From an uncultured virus (IMG/VR IMGVR_UViG_3300021598_001257) (taxonomy: Duplodnaviria > Heunggongvirae > Uroviricota > Caudoviricetes), in the IMG/VR virus record IMGVR_UViG_3300021598_001257: 64,000 bases of DNA, one strand, 5' to 3'. Positions 8,982 through 19,294 of the stretch are shown here, piece by piece; within the stretch, counting starts at the first letter, position 1, and each line of letters opens with the position of its first letter. A model generated the notes under the pieces. That model made no database searches. It had not been told where the DNA came from and was given only the letters and a program-made list of their open reading frames with translations. Position numbers and translations under genes: made by a program.

Positions 8982-9769
8982 TATACCGTATAAACTGCGC
9001 CATGTTGATATGTAAAACCTTTCACAGGAATAATATGTTTCTGTTCCATAAGAAGATTTATACCAAGATATTTAATTGGAGCGTCACCCCATCTCTTAGT
9101 ATAGAAACCACCAGTTTTATCCAATTCATTATAAAATCTCATATATTCACTTGTCAAGAACCACGATACTTTTCCAAGTTCAAAGTTGGTATAAAACATC
9201 ATACCGTCTTCAATAAAGTTTTCGGGGATTAATTCATTTACCTTTTCCCATAAACCTTCAATCACTTTTGGATTATCTTTCTGGATGGCTGGGGCAATAA
9301 ATCCATAATAACATTCATTATCTTCCGCCCACTTAAAGATATCGTAATTAAGTGGAGTATGAATAAAGGAATCAGTATCAAGTCTCAAGTAATAATCATA
9401 CTCTTTTATAACATCATTGTTATAAAGTTCTCCTGAGAAAAATCTACACATATGACGATATCCTATTGAAAATCCAGGATCACCCCATGCTATTGGACCA
9501 TTTCCATGAGTTGGGTGAGGAAAAAACTCAGGAATTTTATCTAATATTTCTTGAGGGTAATTGGGAATATTAAATTCAATAGTTTCATATCTAAGGTTCA
9601 AGTTTGTTTGAACCTTAGATTTATATTCATCAAACGATTTTTCACAAAATACCAAGACATCAGTATTGAAAGTATATGGTATGAGATTTTCTTCTATCAA
9701 TTTTAATGACTTATTAAAATCATCTACATCTTGATCGGAAGATCTAACTAGATAAAGAATACAATTCAT
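8981..9769 (-). CDS. glycosyltransferase family 15 (KRE2-like alpha-1,2-mannosyltransferase)
   Basis: YRHMCRFFSG, YYLRLDTD, YTNFE, RWGDAPI. Confidence 0.85.
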   Translation of the reverse strand: MNCILYLVRSSDQDVDDFNKSLKLIEENLIPYTFNTDVLVFCEKSFDEYKSKVQTNLNLRYETIEFNIPNYPQEILDKIPEFFPHPTHGNGPIAWGDPGFSIGYRHMCRFFSGELYNNDVIKEYDYYLRLDTDSFIHTPLNYDIFKWAEDNECYYGFIAPAIQKDNPKVIEGLWEKVNELIPENFIEDGMMFYTNFELGKVSWFLTSEYMRFYNELDKTGGFYTKRWGDAPIKYLGINLLMEQKHIIPVKGFTYQHGAVYTV

Positions 9770-9813
9770 AAAATTTTCCCCTACAAATTTATAGTATTAC
9801 TATATTTTTTCAT

Positions 9814-10446
9814 TTATAAAACCCACACTATTTGATATCCCTCATAAACAAGAGTTGCTCCAATATCATCCATGAAGTCTTTTACATAATTTCCTTTACC
9901 AATTTTAAATTCAGTAAAGAAAGCATCATGATCGTCAACGGCAACTATAGAACCACTCTTGAGTTTATCTATAGAGGCGCATAATTCTTTCACATGATGA
10001 AGTTGCGATGGATGAGGATTGTCTTTTTCAATATCGTAAGAATCCAGATATAAGAAATCAATTTTTCTATCTTTAGGGAGATTCCACAAAAACTTCACGG
10101 AATCAGAGCAGAAAACTTTTGTTTTTTCGGAAACAAGGTTGCGACAATAAGAGACATTATTGATATTAATATCAACAGAATTAACTTCCCCATCATAATG
10201 ATTAATGAACTGATCGAAAATGTATGTCGATGCGCCATCATCACCAAATGCAAGATGTCCGTGGTCTGATCTTGTTGTACCAGTTTCTACAAGATAAAAA
10301 GTCTTATCATCTTTTTGTTCTAACAATTCAAATATTTTTAGAAAACTATCTGCTCGGTTACGTACAGGATTATTGCCTGCGGGAGATAGCATTTTTTGGT
10401 AGAATTCGTTTTTAAAAATTTCAGAGAACTTCATATTATTATCCAT
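9814..10446 (-). CDS. class I SAM-dependent methyltransferase
   Basis: LVETGT, SDSVKFL, IDFLYLDS, VAVDD. Confidence 0.8.
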   Translation of the reverse strand: MDNNMKFSEIFKNEFYQKMLSPAGNNPVRNRADSFLKIFELLEQKDDKTFYLVETGTTRSDHGHLAFGDDGASTYIFDQFINHYDGEVNSVDININNVSYCRNLVSEKTKVFCSDSVKFLWNLPKDRKIDFLYLDSYDIEKDNPHPSQLHHVKELCASIDKLKSGSIVAVDDHDAFFTEFKIGKGNYVKDFMDDIGATLVYEGYQIVWVL

Positions 10447-11240
10447 TTGTCTGGGTATAAATCTTTTGTATTTTTGTCGGCATTATTTGGACCAAACCAC
10501 TTAGAAGGAGCAATAACTTGTTCACTATTAGATAACCAAGCGCCCCACCAACTGAAGGTGCTATTTGCAATTATATGATATTTACAAAGAGACATCAAGC
10601 ACATATCAATATAACTACTATTCTTTTCAGAAATCAAAAAACGTTCGCCAACAAATAGTTCTTGAGAACTACACCATTCTGGGTCATCCGAAAATACAAT
10701 AACATCCAGATTACTATCAAAATGATCTAGGGCTTTCTTATAATAATCCATGCCAAGATTATAGTGATTCCCAGAATTTATAAGAAAATCACCTCTCCGA
10801 ATATGAAGGGATATGGGAGTTTTCATATTTTCCATAATTTCTTTACATGGTTTGAGAATATTTTGTTTGAATGTAAAATCCTCTCTTATCTGCTCTCCTA
10901 TTGCAGAAAACCACTTCTCGGACTGAAAAAATCCATACAAAGAAACCTCATTAGAACAATGATTATATAAATCGGCATCAAAATGAAATTGCTTTTCGAT
11001 TACTAAAGGTGCGTGTCCTTGGTCTAATATAAAAATATTTTTTGCATTCAAACCACAAAGTTCAAAGCAATCAAACAATTCAATTCTTAATTTATTTCCC
11101 AAAGAATCCACAACTACTTCATTATGGTTTGGTATGCACCACTCATAATTTTTATTTGCTGCTATACCACGCAAAGCTGCATATTGAAACATTTGATTTC
11201 CAAGTTGCCCCAATTTACCCAAATGATTAAATGCTAACAT
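10431..11240 (-). CDS. glycosyltransferase family 11 (alpha-1,2-fucosyltransferase-like)
   Basis: GQLGNQMFQYA, HIRRGD, FSDD, NSTFSWWGAWL. Confidence 0.92.
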   Translation of the reverse strand: MLAFNHLGKLGQLGNQMFQYAALRGIAANKNYEWCIPNHNEVVVDSLGNKLRIELFDCFELCGLNAKNIFILDQGHAPLVIEKQFHFDADLYNHCSNEVSLYGFFQSEKWFSAIGEQIREDFTFKQNILKPCKEIMENMKTPISLHIRRGDFLINSGNHYNLGMDYYKKALDHFDSNLDVIVFSDDPEWCSSQELFVGERFLISEKNSSYIDMCLMSLCKYHIIANSTFSWWGAWLSNSEQVIAPSKWFGPNNADKNTKDLYPDKWIII

Positions 11241-11241
11241 T

Positions 11242-12036
11242 TTACATTCTTTCCCTCAAATAATTTTGACTTAAATAATAATTTTTCAAAGTATCTTTAT
11301 CCTGTCTTCGAATCCACTGCCAAAGATCGTGATTATCATGATACTTTGGATTGTGATAATGGGAATTGTGAGTTCTTTCATGTTCAAAGTGATAGATATA
11401 ATCTAAAACTCTCTGTATTCTATACCCAAATAAACTAAAACGAAAATAAAATTCAGAATCTTCTTCGCCCCAAGATAAAAAATTTTCATTCCATAATCCA
11501 CCGGATATTACTGCTTTTTTAGAATAAAACTGAGTCCACCCAATGCTAGATGCTTGCAATTTGCGATTGTTAGTCAATTTAGAAATATCAAAAGATTTAG
11601 TAAAATCTTCATATAATTCTTGAGAATAATCAACCTGATATTGAAAAGCACCGCAACCATATGGATATACAATATCTGCTTCATCATTACTAATTAAGTC
11701 ATATGCAGCTTGATGACTCTCTTTAGAATAAACAACATCAATATCATGACTACAAATTACATCAGTATCTGCATTAATAATTGAATCATTTAAAATTTTT
11801 GTTTTATGGAAAATTGGATCATCATTCTTTTCAAAAATATGAGTAAGATTATTGATAGAAACAAGTTCCCTAATCTTGGGCAATGCTTGTTGAGAAAAGA
11901 CAGACTCAGAATCTACTTCATTTACCAAGACAGTTGCATCTGGAAAATTGTGAAGTAAATACGAGACTGATGTAATTATATTTTTAAGCCTATCATTAGA
12001 CTCAATTCTGGTAGGTAAAATATATGTTAGATTCAT
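11242..12036 (-). CDS. GT-A glycosyltransferase (GT2/GT7C-like)
   Basis: HDID DxD motif, GGLWNENFLSWGEEDSEF. Confidence 0.8.
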   Translation of the reverse strand: MNLTYILPTRIESNDRLKNIITSVSYLLHNFPDATVLVNEVDSESVFSQQALPKIRELVSINNLTHIFEKNDDPIFHKTKILNDSIINADTDVICSHDIDVVYSKESHQAAYDLISNDEADIVYPYGCGAFQYQVDYSQELYEDFTKSFDISKLTNNRKLQASSIGWTQFYSKKAVISGGLWNENFLSWGEEDSEFYFRFSLFGYRIQRVLDYIYHFEHERTHNSHYHNPKYHDNHDLWQWIRRQDKDTLKNYYLSQNYLRERM

Positions 12037-12863
12037 TTTAATACTCTATTTTGGTTATGATTTTCTCCAAGAAGAATATCTTGATGCCTTTCAAAAACGA
12101 TTCTAGTATTCTTATGATGTGCTTTCAATAACCAAGATGCGGGATTTCTTCCATCTGGGCGAGTGCTTCCCCATGTATTATCAGACTCATAATCAATCCA
12201 ATAAGCACCTACAACTTTACCAAGTTGTTTAAACGCTCTATAACATAAGTCTGCATCATCTTGGTCTTGAGGAGCAAACACTTCATCAAAATAATTTAAT
12301 TTTATTAAATCTGCATGGTCCAACATTAAAGGACCACGACAGACATTATTTCTTACAGCAAAAATATTTCTACTTAAACCTTCATCTCTGTTTGTATGAG
12401 ATTCATATCCAAATATATCACTCCAACAATTATCAATTTGCAAATCATCTTCTTTATTCATTCTAATATGAATACTATTTTGGTTTATCCTATAATTAAA
12501 TGCAGAACGAGAAGTGACACCAAAAACATCAATAAATTCTTCAAATGGTTTTTCAAGTCTCTTGTTCCATCCAGATTCTTTAACAATCATATCATCTTGA
12601 ACGATGATTACTTTATCACCTTCACATTCTTTTAGTCCTGCATTATTAGCCTTGGTTTCAAAAACATCAGGAGTGCATACTGTTTTTGTTTTTATATTAG
12701 GATTTGAATCAACAAAATTTTGCCATATAGATTCAGACTCATCCGAGCATCCATCAAGAACTACAACCAGTTCATAATTTTCTACAGTATTTTCTTTTAT
12801 ACCATTAAGAACATTTGGTAACAACCACCCTTTATTATGAACTGTCAATACTATACTATGCAT
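12033..12863 (-). CDS. glycosyltransferase family 2
   Basis: SIVLTVHN, VVLDGCSD, IVQDD, DDADLC. Confidence 0.85.
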   Translation of the reverse strand: MHSIVLTVHNKGWLLPNVLNGIKENTVENYELVVVLDGCSDESESIWQNFVDSNPNIKTKTVCTPDVFETKANNAGLKECEGDKVIIVQDDMIVKESGWNKRLEKPFEEFIDVFGVTSRSAFNYRINQNSIHIRMNKEDDLQIDNCWSDIFGYESHTNRDEGLSRNIFAVRNNVCRGPLMLDHADLIKLNYFDEVFAPQDQDDADLCYRAFKQLGKVVGAYWIDYESDNTWGSTRPDGRNPASWLLKAHHKNTRIVFERHQDILLGENHNQNRVLK

Positions 12864-14419
12864 CCACTTTCTCCCCAATTGTAAACGCCATTAGAATACT
12901 CTACGCCATCTTTATGCTCTAAAACATTCCATTGAATGTAGTGTCTAACACCAGTATGACCCATAACACATGGAAGATTATATTTGAGTTGCAAATTTGT
13001 CACAATACTTTGGTCGTGTCTGTGGTCTACAAACCCATCGAAATTTTCCAATCCACACTGATTTGGAATATCAGTAACAACTCTTTCATCACGACAATAC
13101 TCTAACCATTCATTTAGAAAATCAATATTTTTTTGCGTTTTTCTAAATGCTAAAAACCCATCCTCAAGTTGAATAGAATTCCAATACTTTTCTTCATCAC
13201 AACCCATATAGTAAAAGCAGTCTCTTTTAGTAAACCACTTATTGACTCCAGTGTGATTTTGAGAGACAAAATATTGGTCATAGTCTTTCATATATTCGAT
13301 TATACATTCTTTGATTCCTTTTAGAGGAATATCTCCACAATCCATGTAAGCGACAATATCACCATATTCAACATCATCTAAAGCCTTTAGAAGGATAAAA
13401 GGTTTCCAAAGAGCGTATCCAGATAATCTATCTTTATTCAATATAGATTTATTTTGAGTATAGAAGTCAGTAGTTTCCAACCACTCTCTAGTAAAGGTTC
13501 GAGTAAAATCAAAGATTTCGTTATCAGTGACGTGCTTAATCAAAAACTCCCTATGCTCTTGATAATTGGCATCAGAGTAATTAATATAGGTAATTTTTGA
13601 TTGAGAATTCATTCTTTTAATATAGTAAGTCTGATTTTTATAATACTCAACTATATCATCTCTTGACATAGTTTTAATTTTTTCCCATTCTGCATTATTG
13701 TTTTGCATATAGGGATTGGTAAAGTAAGAGTTTGAAGTTCTCTTATGCTCCAAATGATATACTTTATCATTTATCCTGGAAACTTTATAACCTAGGGTAT
13801 TAAACCGATAAAACCTTTCTACATCTTCTGGAGCATATGAAACAAAGTTTTCATTTTCCAATCCACCTTCAATATATACTTTTCTATTGAAAAATTGACA
13901 AAAACCATACTTAGCATCATAGTTCCTAGATTTTGATTCTAGGATACTAAATTTAAAATCGTCATTCAAGAAATCAGAAACTAATTCATCGTCAGCAAAT
14001 ACTTGCTTCTGATACATTCCATCACCATAAGGATAAACTACATCAGAACTTCCATCAAGAATCAAATTATAAGCACTCGCATAAGATTGAATTGGAAGAA
14101 GAATATCGCAATCATAGTTAACTACAATTTCTGTAGTTGATTCCATTATCATGTCATTTAAAATTCTTTGACGATGAAATTCTGGAGACTGTGATTGTTC
14201 GAAGATGTGTTTTAAATCAGAGATATCTTCACAAAACTCTTCAATTTGGGGAAGAACTTGATCTAAAAATACCGAAGAAGAATCAACTTCCTTTACTACA
14301 ATGTTCGTTTTAAAATTTGACAACAAAAAACAGAGTGAGGTGATTGCGTTCCTCACTCTATCATCAGTTTCAAGTCTGATTGGAATTATGAATGTAGATT
14401 TGGATAAATCAATTTTCAT
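12851..14419 (-). CDS. two-domain glycosyltransferase (GT7C-like plus second GT-like domain)
   Basis: N-half paralogous to 11242..12036 (NYDCD, GGLENENF..EDVE); C-half has WKPFI, YMDCG, HRHDQSI. Confidence 0.8.
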   Translation of the reverse strand: MKIDLSKSTFIIPIRLETDDRVRNAITSLCFLLSNFKTNIVVKEVDSSSVFLDQVLPQIEEFCEDISDLKHIFEQSQSPEFHRQRILNDMIMESTTEIVVNYDCDILLPIQSYASAYNLILDGSSDVVYPYGDGMYQKQVFADDELVSDFLNDDFKFSILESKSRNYDAKYGFCQFFNRKVYIEGGLENENFVSYAPEDVERFYRFNTLGYKVSRINDKVYHLEHKRTSNSYFTNPYMQNNNAEWEKIKTMSRDDIVEYYKNQTYYIKRMNSQSKITYINYSDANYQEHREFLIKHVTDNEIFDFTRTFTREWLETTDFYTQNKSILNKDRLSGYALWKPFILLKALDDVEYGDIVAYMDCGDIPLKGIKECIIEYMKDYDQYFVSQNHTGVNKWFTKRDCFYYMGCDEEKYWNSIQLEDGFLAFRKTQKNIDFLNEWLEYCRDERVVTDIPNQCGLENFDGFVDHRHDQSIVTNLQLKYNLPCVMGHTGVRHYIQWNVLEHKDGVEYSNGVYNWGESGCIV

Positions 14420-15320
14420 CTATGCGAACCCATTTTTCAGGAATAATATCTGAAGTATCATTGAAAGATAACTTAGGACCAAACCAATTAGTCGGTGCTA
14501 CAACTGTTTTATCTTTGGACTTTTGAAGCCAAGCGCCCCACCAACCAAGACTACTTGGAGATAGAATTGCGCCGTTACAGAGTGACATTAAACATAGGTC
14601 CGTGTATGGAACTAAAGAATTTCTATACTGTCCATCACCCTCCTGACATTTATGAGAATATTTTTCTACACCATCGTTCATCAAGAATCTATCATCAGAG
14701 AAAAATTCTTGTTGACGACACCACTCAATGTCATCAGAGCAAACAAGAACATTAACATTCGAATCAAAGTTCTCTAGTGCTCTATTATAATAATCAAAAC
14801 TCAAAATAGGGTGATAGTCTTCTCTACCAACATTATCACCTCTTCGTACATGTAGAAAAATAACATCCCCTACAGATGAAATAAATTCTTGGCATGGATT
14901 TAAAATGTCATCAATAAATTCAAAATCTTCTCTAATTTCATCTTCAATATGAAGAAAATACTTTTCAGTTTGTAGGAATCCATCAACGTTTGTATTGTCT
15001 GCAATGTTATTGAAAAGGTCTTCATCAAATGCAAAAGTGCTTTCTGTTACATTTTTAGTATCAGGATTATTTTTACACAGACTCTCGAAACTATAACAAT
15101 CATTGACTGTTACTCTTTCATTAATAAATCCAATATTATTTTCTCTCAAATTTTTGAGTTTAAATGGATGATGGATTCCATAATTAGCAAGAGTCTGCTG
15201 TTCGTCTGGAGGAATACACCAATCAAATCCACGGTTAGCAGCTATTCCCCTAAGAGATGCATACTGAAAAAGTTGATTTCCAAATCGACCATTTGTTCCT
15301 AGTCTATCGTATCCAATCAT
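14409..15320 (-). CDS. glycosyltransferase family 11
   Basis: GRFGNQLFQYA, HVRRGD, SDD, WWGAWL. Confidence 0.9.
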   Translation of the reverse strand: MIGYDRLGTNGRFGNQLFQYASLRGIAANRGFDWCIPPDEQQTLANYGIHHPFKLKNLRENNIGFINERVTVNDCYSFESLCKNNPDTKNVTESTFAFDEDLFNNIADNTNVDGFLQTEKYFLHIEDEIREDFEFIDDILNPCQEFISSVGDVIFLHVRRGDNVGREDYHPILSFDYYNRALENFDSNVNVLVCSDDIEWCRQQEFFSDDRFLMNDGVEKYSHKCQEGDGQYRNSLVPYTDLCLMSLCNGAILSPSSLGWWGAWLQKSKDKTVVAPTNWFGPKLSFNDTSDIIPEKWVRIDEN

Positions 15321-16480
15321 AAATTTACAATAAAAATTGGTTCTGTAATGTTATCGCTATTATCTACAAACTTAACTCTATCATCATATTTTTCATTTAA
15401 GTAATCATATACTTCATTAAAAATACGAGTATCATTGTGAATATAAACTCTATGTCCTCTATCTAGTAAATCAATACAAAGTCTATATTGTTGACTTTCT
15501 GTTAGAATATCTGTTCCTTTTTTATACGTAATATAATCAAAGTAAAATGGGTTTTTATTCTTGTTTATTTTGTCATAAAAATCACAGACAAATTTAGCAT
15601 GTTGGTTATTAATCTCATCCGTGACTGTTCCCAAATTATACTCTAATCCAACATTTTTTGCAAACGTAGCAAATGCTCTGTTGTCCCTAGGAAGACAAGG
15701 ACCACCATACCCTAAACCATAATTTAAGTATTTTCTACCAATTCGCGAGTCAGTTCCAACTGCAGAAAGAACTCCAATTACTTCATCACCACATCCTGAC
15801 AGGTGAAGAACATCACCTAGCATGTTTGCATAACTGATTTTTGTAGTCAAATAACAATTAATTGCTATCTTTGTTATTTCTGCTGCTGTTGTAGACATGG
15901 TGCAAATGATTGCTCTTGAAGTTTGAATCTTTTGATACAAACTTCTAATATCTGAGATGATTTTTTCATCAGTATTATCCCAAGAATCAACTCCCAAAAG
16001 AACCATATCAGCATTGCGAAGGTCATTTACAATGGACCCCTGTGCTATGAATTCTGGATTGTAAAAAACTTTAATGTTATTTGGAAGTTGTTTTCTAAAA
16101 TTATCACAATCACCAGGATTTACAGTACATCCAACTACAAAATATTTTCGACTGGTTATACTTTCTTCTTTGAAGTTTTCTACGATATTCCAAACAGATG
16201 AAATATCATAAGAACCATCCTCAAGAGAGGGTGTTGCAACTAAAGTATAAATTAGATCACACTCACGGATGACTTCTTTATTATCCGTGGTTGCTCTAAA
16301 ATTTTTAGAAGACTTTAAAAGACTTTGAACCTCAGGTTCATTTGTTACTATTTCTCTATTGTTAAGATTCTGAACATAATCTTCTCTAATGTCAGAGACA
16401 ATAACATCGTATCCAGCTTGTTCGCAAAGAAGAGCAAAGCAAATTCCAAGTCTTCCCGCACCGATTACTCCAATTTTCAT
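15317..16480 (-). CDS. ugd: UDP-glucose/GDP-mannose dehydrogenase family protein
   Basis: IGAGRLG, YNPEFIAQG, AEITK, GYGGPCLPRD. Confidence 0.88.
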   Translation of the reverse strand: MKIGVIGAGRLGICFALLCEQAGYDVIVSDIREDYVQNLNNREIVTNEPEVQSLLKSSKNFRATTDNKEVIRECDLIYTLVATPSLEDGSYDISSVWNIVENFKEESITSRKYFVVGCTVNPGDCDNFRKQLPNNIKVFYNPEFIAQGSIVNDLRNADMVLLGVDSWDNTDEKIISDIRSLYQKIQTSRAIICTMSTTAAEITKIAINCYLTTKISYANMLGDVLHLSGCGDEVIGVLSAVGTDSRIGRKYLNYGLGYGGPCLPRDNRAFATFAKNVGLEYNLGTVTDEINNQHAKFVCDFYDKINKNKNPFYFDYITYKKGTDILTESQQYRLCIDLLDRGHRVYIHNDTRIFNEVYDYLNEKYDDRVKFVDNSDNITEPIFIVNL

Positions 16481-17232
16481 AGTTTAAATGTAGGTATTGG
16501 TTCCATTTTATGTTTATTTTGGGCGTTGAATTTCTTAAGAATTTCTAGAGCAGGTCCAGTACCATACTCCATAGCTTCTTCTAGTTCTGCATAAGAAGCG
16601 CCAATTTGGTCTTCATCAGATCTACTATCCTCCCAAAGCCCGTCGGTTGGAGGAGCATCAATAATACGTTGGTCTACGCCAAGATATTTTCCCAGTTCCC
16701 ATACTTCAGTCTTATAAAGATCTGCAATAGGGGCGATATCAACTCCACCGTCACCATATTTAGTATAAAATCCTACACCATAATCTTCAACTTTGTTTCC
16801 AGTACCAACAACAATACCACTTACAGAACCCGCAACTTGATATAGTGTAACCATGCGAATACGAGACTTTGTATTCGCATTTGCCAATTGATTTGAAACA
16901 AACTGAGAATTAATTGATTCGAAAGAATTTACGAGTTGGTCATATGTACTCGTTAAATCAATTCTAATCTTAGTAACATTATCATACTTATCTTCCAGTA
17001 AAGAACTATACTCATCAGACAAAGTATCATTCTTAGCACTAGAATGGAGTGGCATAGAAAGAACATAAGTTGGAAGACCGGTTTCTGCACAAAGAGTTGC
17101 TACAACAGCAGAATCAATTCCACCAGAAACTCCAACAACAAAAGACTTAATAGTTGGATATTCTATGGCATAATCACCCAACCACTTAACAATATCAGTC
17201 TTTACCTTATTATAATCAGTAATTCTATTCAT
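16477..17232 (-). CDS. nadE: NH3-dependent NAD+ synthetase
   Basis: VSGGIDS, NTKSRIRM, GTGNKVE, FYTKYGDG, PPTDGLW. Confidence 0.92.
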   Translation of the reverse strand: MNRITDYNKVKTDIVKWLGDYAIEYPTIKSFVVGVSGGIDSAVVATLCAETGLPTYVLSMPLHSSAKNDTLSDEYSSLLEDKYDNVTKIRIDLTSTYDQLVNSFESINSQFVSNQLANANTKSRIRMVTLYQVAGSVSGIVVGTGNKVEDYGVGFYTKYGDGGVDIAPIADLYKTEVWELGKYLGVDQRIIDAPPTDGLWEDSRSDEDQIGASYAELEEAMEYGTGPALEILKKFNAQNKHKMEPIPTFKL

Positions 17233-18155
17233 GACTCATTGTAAATTTTATTGATCGTTTTTAAGAAGTTTTCAATAACACTATAATATGTTCCTTTAGA
17301 TTTTGCAAACAACTTTCCTTGTTTTTGTTTTTCTAAACGTGCTTCTTCATTGTTTAGATAATACTCCACTTTTTTTTCCAAGTCAGTATAATCCGAAACA
17401 TAAACTGCAACACCATCAGTTGCATCTACAGCCATTTCACAATCAGTTAAAACTACACAACCGTAAGCAATGCCCTCAAATACTCTTTCTGTAGGTAGAC
17501 CATTTTTAATATTATCGTCGGAGTTAAACCCTAGACAAATTTTAGAACCTAGAAAAGCGTTTCGGATACGTTCAGATTCATCAAGAAATGGAGGCCAATA
17601 ATGAATAAAGCAATTATATTTTTGTTCTAACTTACGAGACCATTCCTCCTTATAGTTGCATCCCGAAAATCCACAATCATACTCATCAGTTCTTTGGGAT
17701 AGAATATAATCAATATCATTTGGATTAATACTGGCAGCAAAAGGAAGAGAAACATAATTTGGATGATTTACATATTCCCTGAAGTGCTCTCCAAAATATG
17801 AAAAATCAGGATCTCTATAATACTCTCCAGTAAAAATATACTTTTTGAATGGAAAGTCTTTTTCTTTATAGTGATTATTCAATACATTATGGAAAGTCCA
17901 AAAAATCCAAGTAGTTTTTTGAAACTTATTTGCCAAATAATCAAAGTAGTCCATCCAATTAGAACTTCTTTGATCATAAAAGTTATCACACATCAAGAAT
18001 ATTTGATCTTCAGAATCTTCGATTTCTTCAAAGTTTTTTAAATCATATGCTTCAAGACCATATAAAGAAAAACCATTCACAAATTTCATACTCATCAAAT
18101 AGTGAGTACCCTTTGTCGGATACTCACTTGTATTAACAAGGTATATTTTTTTCAT
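17229..18155 (-). CDS. glycosyltransferase (GT-B, CgeB/Glyco_trans_1_2-like)
   Basis: SKICLGFN..ERVFEGIAYGCVVLTD C-terminal signature. Confidence 0.75.
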   Translation of the reverse strand: MKKIYLVNTSEYPTKGTHYLMSMKFVNGFSLYGLEAYDLKNFEEIEDSEDQIFLMCDNFYDQRSSNWMDYFDYLANKFQKTTWIFWTFHNVLNNHYKEKDFPFKKYIFTGEYYRDPDFSYFGEHFREYVNHPNYVSLPFAASINPNDIDYILSQRTDEYDCGFSGCNYKEEWSRKLEQKYNCFIHYWPPFLDESERIRNAFLGSKICLGFNSDDNIKNGLPTERVFEGIAYGCVVLTDCEMAVDATDGVAVYVSDYTDLEKKVEYYLNNEEARLEKQKQGKLFAKSKGTYYSVIENFLKTINKIYNES

Positions 18156-18157
18156 TA

Positions 18158-19225
18158 TCAAGAAGAAGTTTTGGAGTCTTTTTTCAGAATTTGATTTTTA
18201 ATCCAAGAATAAGTTTTAGCAATTCCATCTTCAAGTGCCTGAGAATAATCCCATCCCAGTTTTTCACGAATCAAATCATTATTTGAATTACGTCCACGAA
18301 CTCCAAGAGGGGCATCTAAAATATGTTCTTTACCTACCACTTTATCAGCAACTTTGGCAGCAGTATCAACAAGTTGATTGATAGTTACCATTTCTTCAGA
18401 ACCAATATTAACTGGTCCCATAAAATCACTATCCATCAATCTGCGGGTTGCTTCAATGCATTCATCAATATACAAGAAGGAACGAGTTTGTAGGCCATCT
18501 CCCCACACTTCGATGGTTCCACCTTCCTCAGGAAGATAGGCAACTTTACGGCAGATTGCTGCTGGCGCTTTTTCTCTACCTCCTTCCCAAGTTCCCTCTG
18601 GTCCAAAGATATTATGATACCTAGCAACCCGAACAGGGATCCTATAATTACGATTATAAGCGAAAAACAACCGCTCTGAGAACAACTTCTCCCAACCATA
18701 TTCAGAATCTGGATTTGCGGGGTATGCTGAATCTTCACGGCAATCTGGATTATCTGGGTCTAATTGATTGTGTTCTGGATACATACAAGCAGAACTAGAG
18801 TAAAAAATCTTAGTTTTGTTTACTCCCTTAAAGTCATTCAACTGTCTCTGAGACTCAAGGACATTCAAATTAATACTTGCAGAATTATGCATAATGTCAG
18901 CATCATTCTCACCAGAAAAAACAAATCCTGCACCACCCATATCAGCAGCAAACTGATAGATTTCATCAAAAGTATCAATATATTGAGATGCTACAAAGTG
19001 ATAGAAATTGCCGAGATATCCTTTAAACTGAAGCACTCTTTCCACAAAATTAGCGTCTCTCAAATCCCCCTGAACAAACTCATTTGCCTCAGAAATTGAA
19101 AATTCAGGATATTTAAGATCTACACCACGGACCCAATACCCTTCTGCCCGCAGTCTTTTTACCATGTGGCTTCCAATAAAACCACCAGCACCAAGAACAA
19201 GTGCTGTTTTCTTATAGTCACTCAT
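18158..19225 (-). CDS. NAD-dependent epimerase, GDP-mannose 3,5-epimerase-like (wcaG family)
   Basis: GAGGFIGSH, AADMGG, SSSACMYP, YGWEK, GGREKAPAA, GVRGRNS. Confidence 0.9.
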   Translation of the reverse strand: MSDYKKTALVLGAGGFIGSHMVKRLRAEGYWVRGVDLKYPEFSISEANEFVQGDLRDANFVERVLQFKGYLGNFYHFVASQYIDTFDEIYQFAADMGGAGFVFSGENDADIMHNSASINLNVLESQRQLNDFKGVNKTKIFYSSSACMYPEHNQLDPDNPDCREDSAYPANPDSEYGWEKLFSERLFFAYNRNYRIPVRVARYHNIFGPEGTWEGGREKAPAAICRKVAYLPEEGGTIEVWGDGLQTRSFLYIDECIEATRRLMDSDFMGPVNIGSEEMVTINQLVDTAAKVADKVVGKEHILDAPLGVRGRNSNNDLIREKLGWDYSQALEDGIAKTYSWIKNQILKKDSKTSS

Positions 19226-19258
19226 AGATGAATAAATTACTCTTAGTATATATTATAT

Positions 19259-19288
19259 AAAAAAAGGTGGGTTTATGCAACCCACCTT
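19259..19288 (-). terminator. intrinsic terminator after the structured RNA
   Basis: AAGGTGGGTT-GCATA-AACCCACCTT followed by a T tract. Confidence 0.75.
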
Positions 19289-19294
19289 CGCAAT

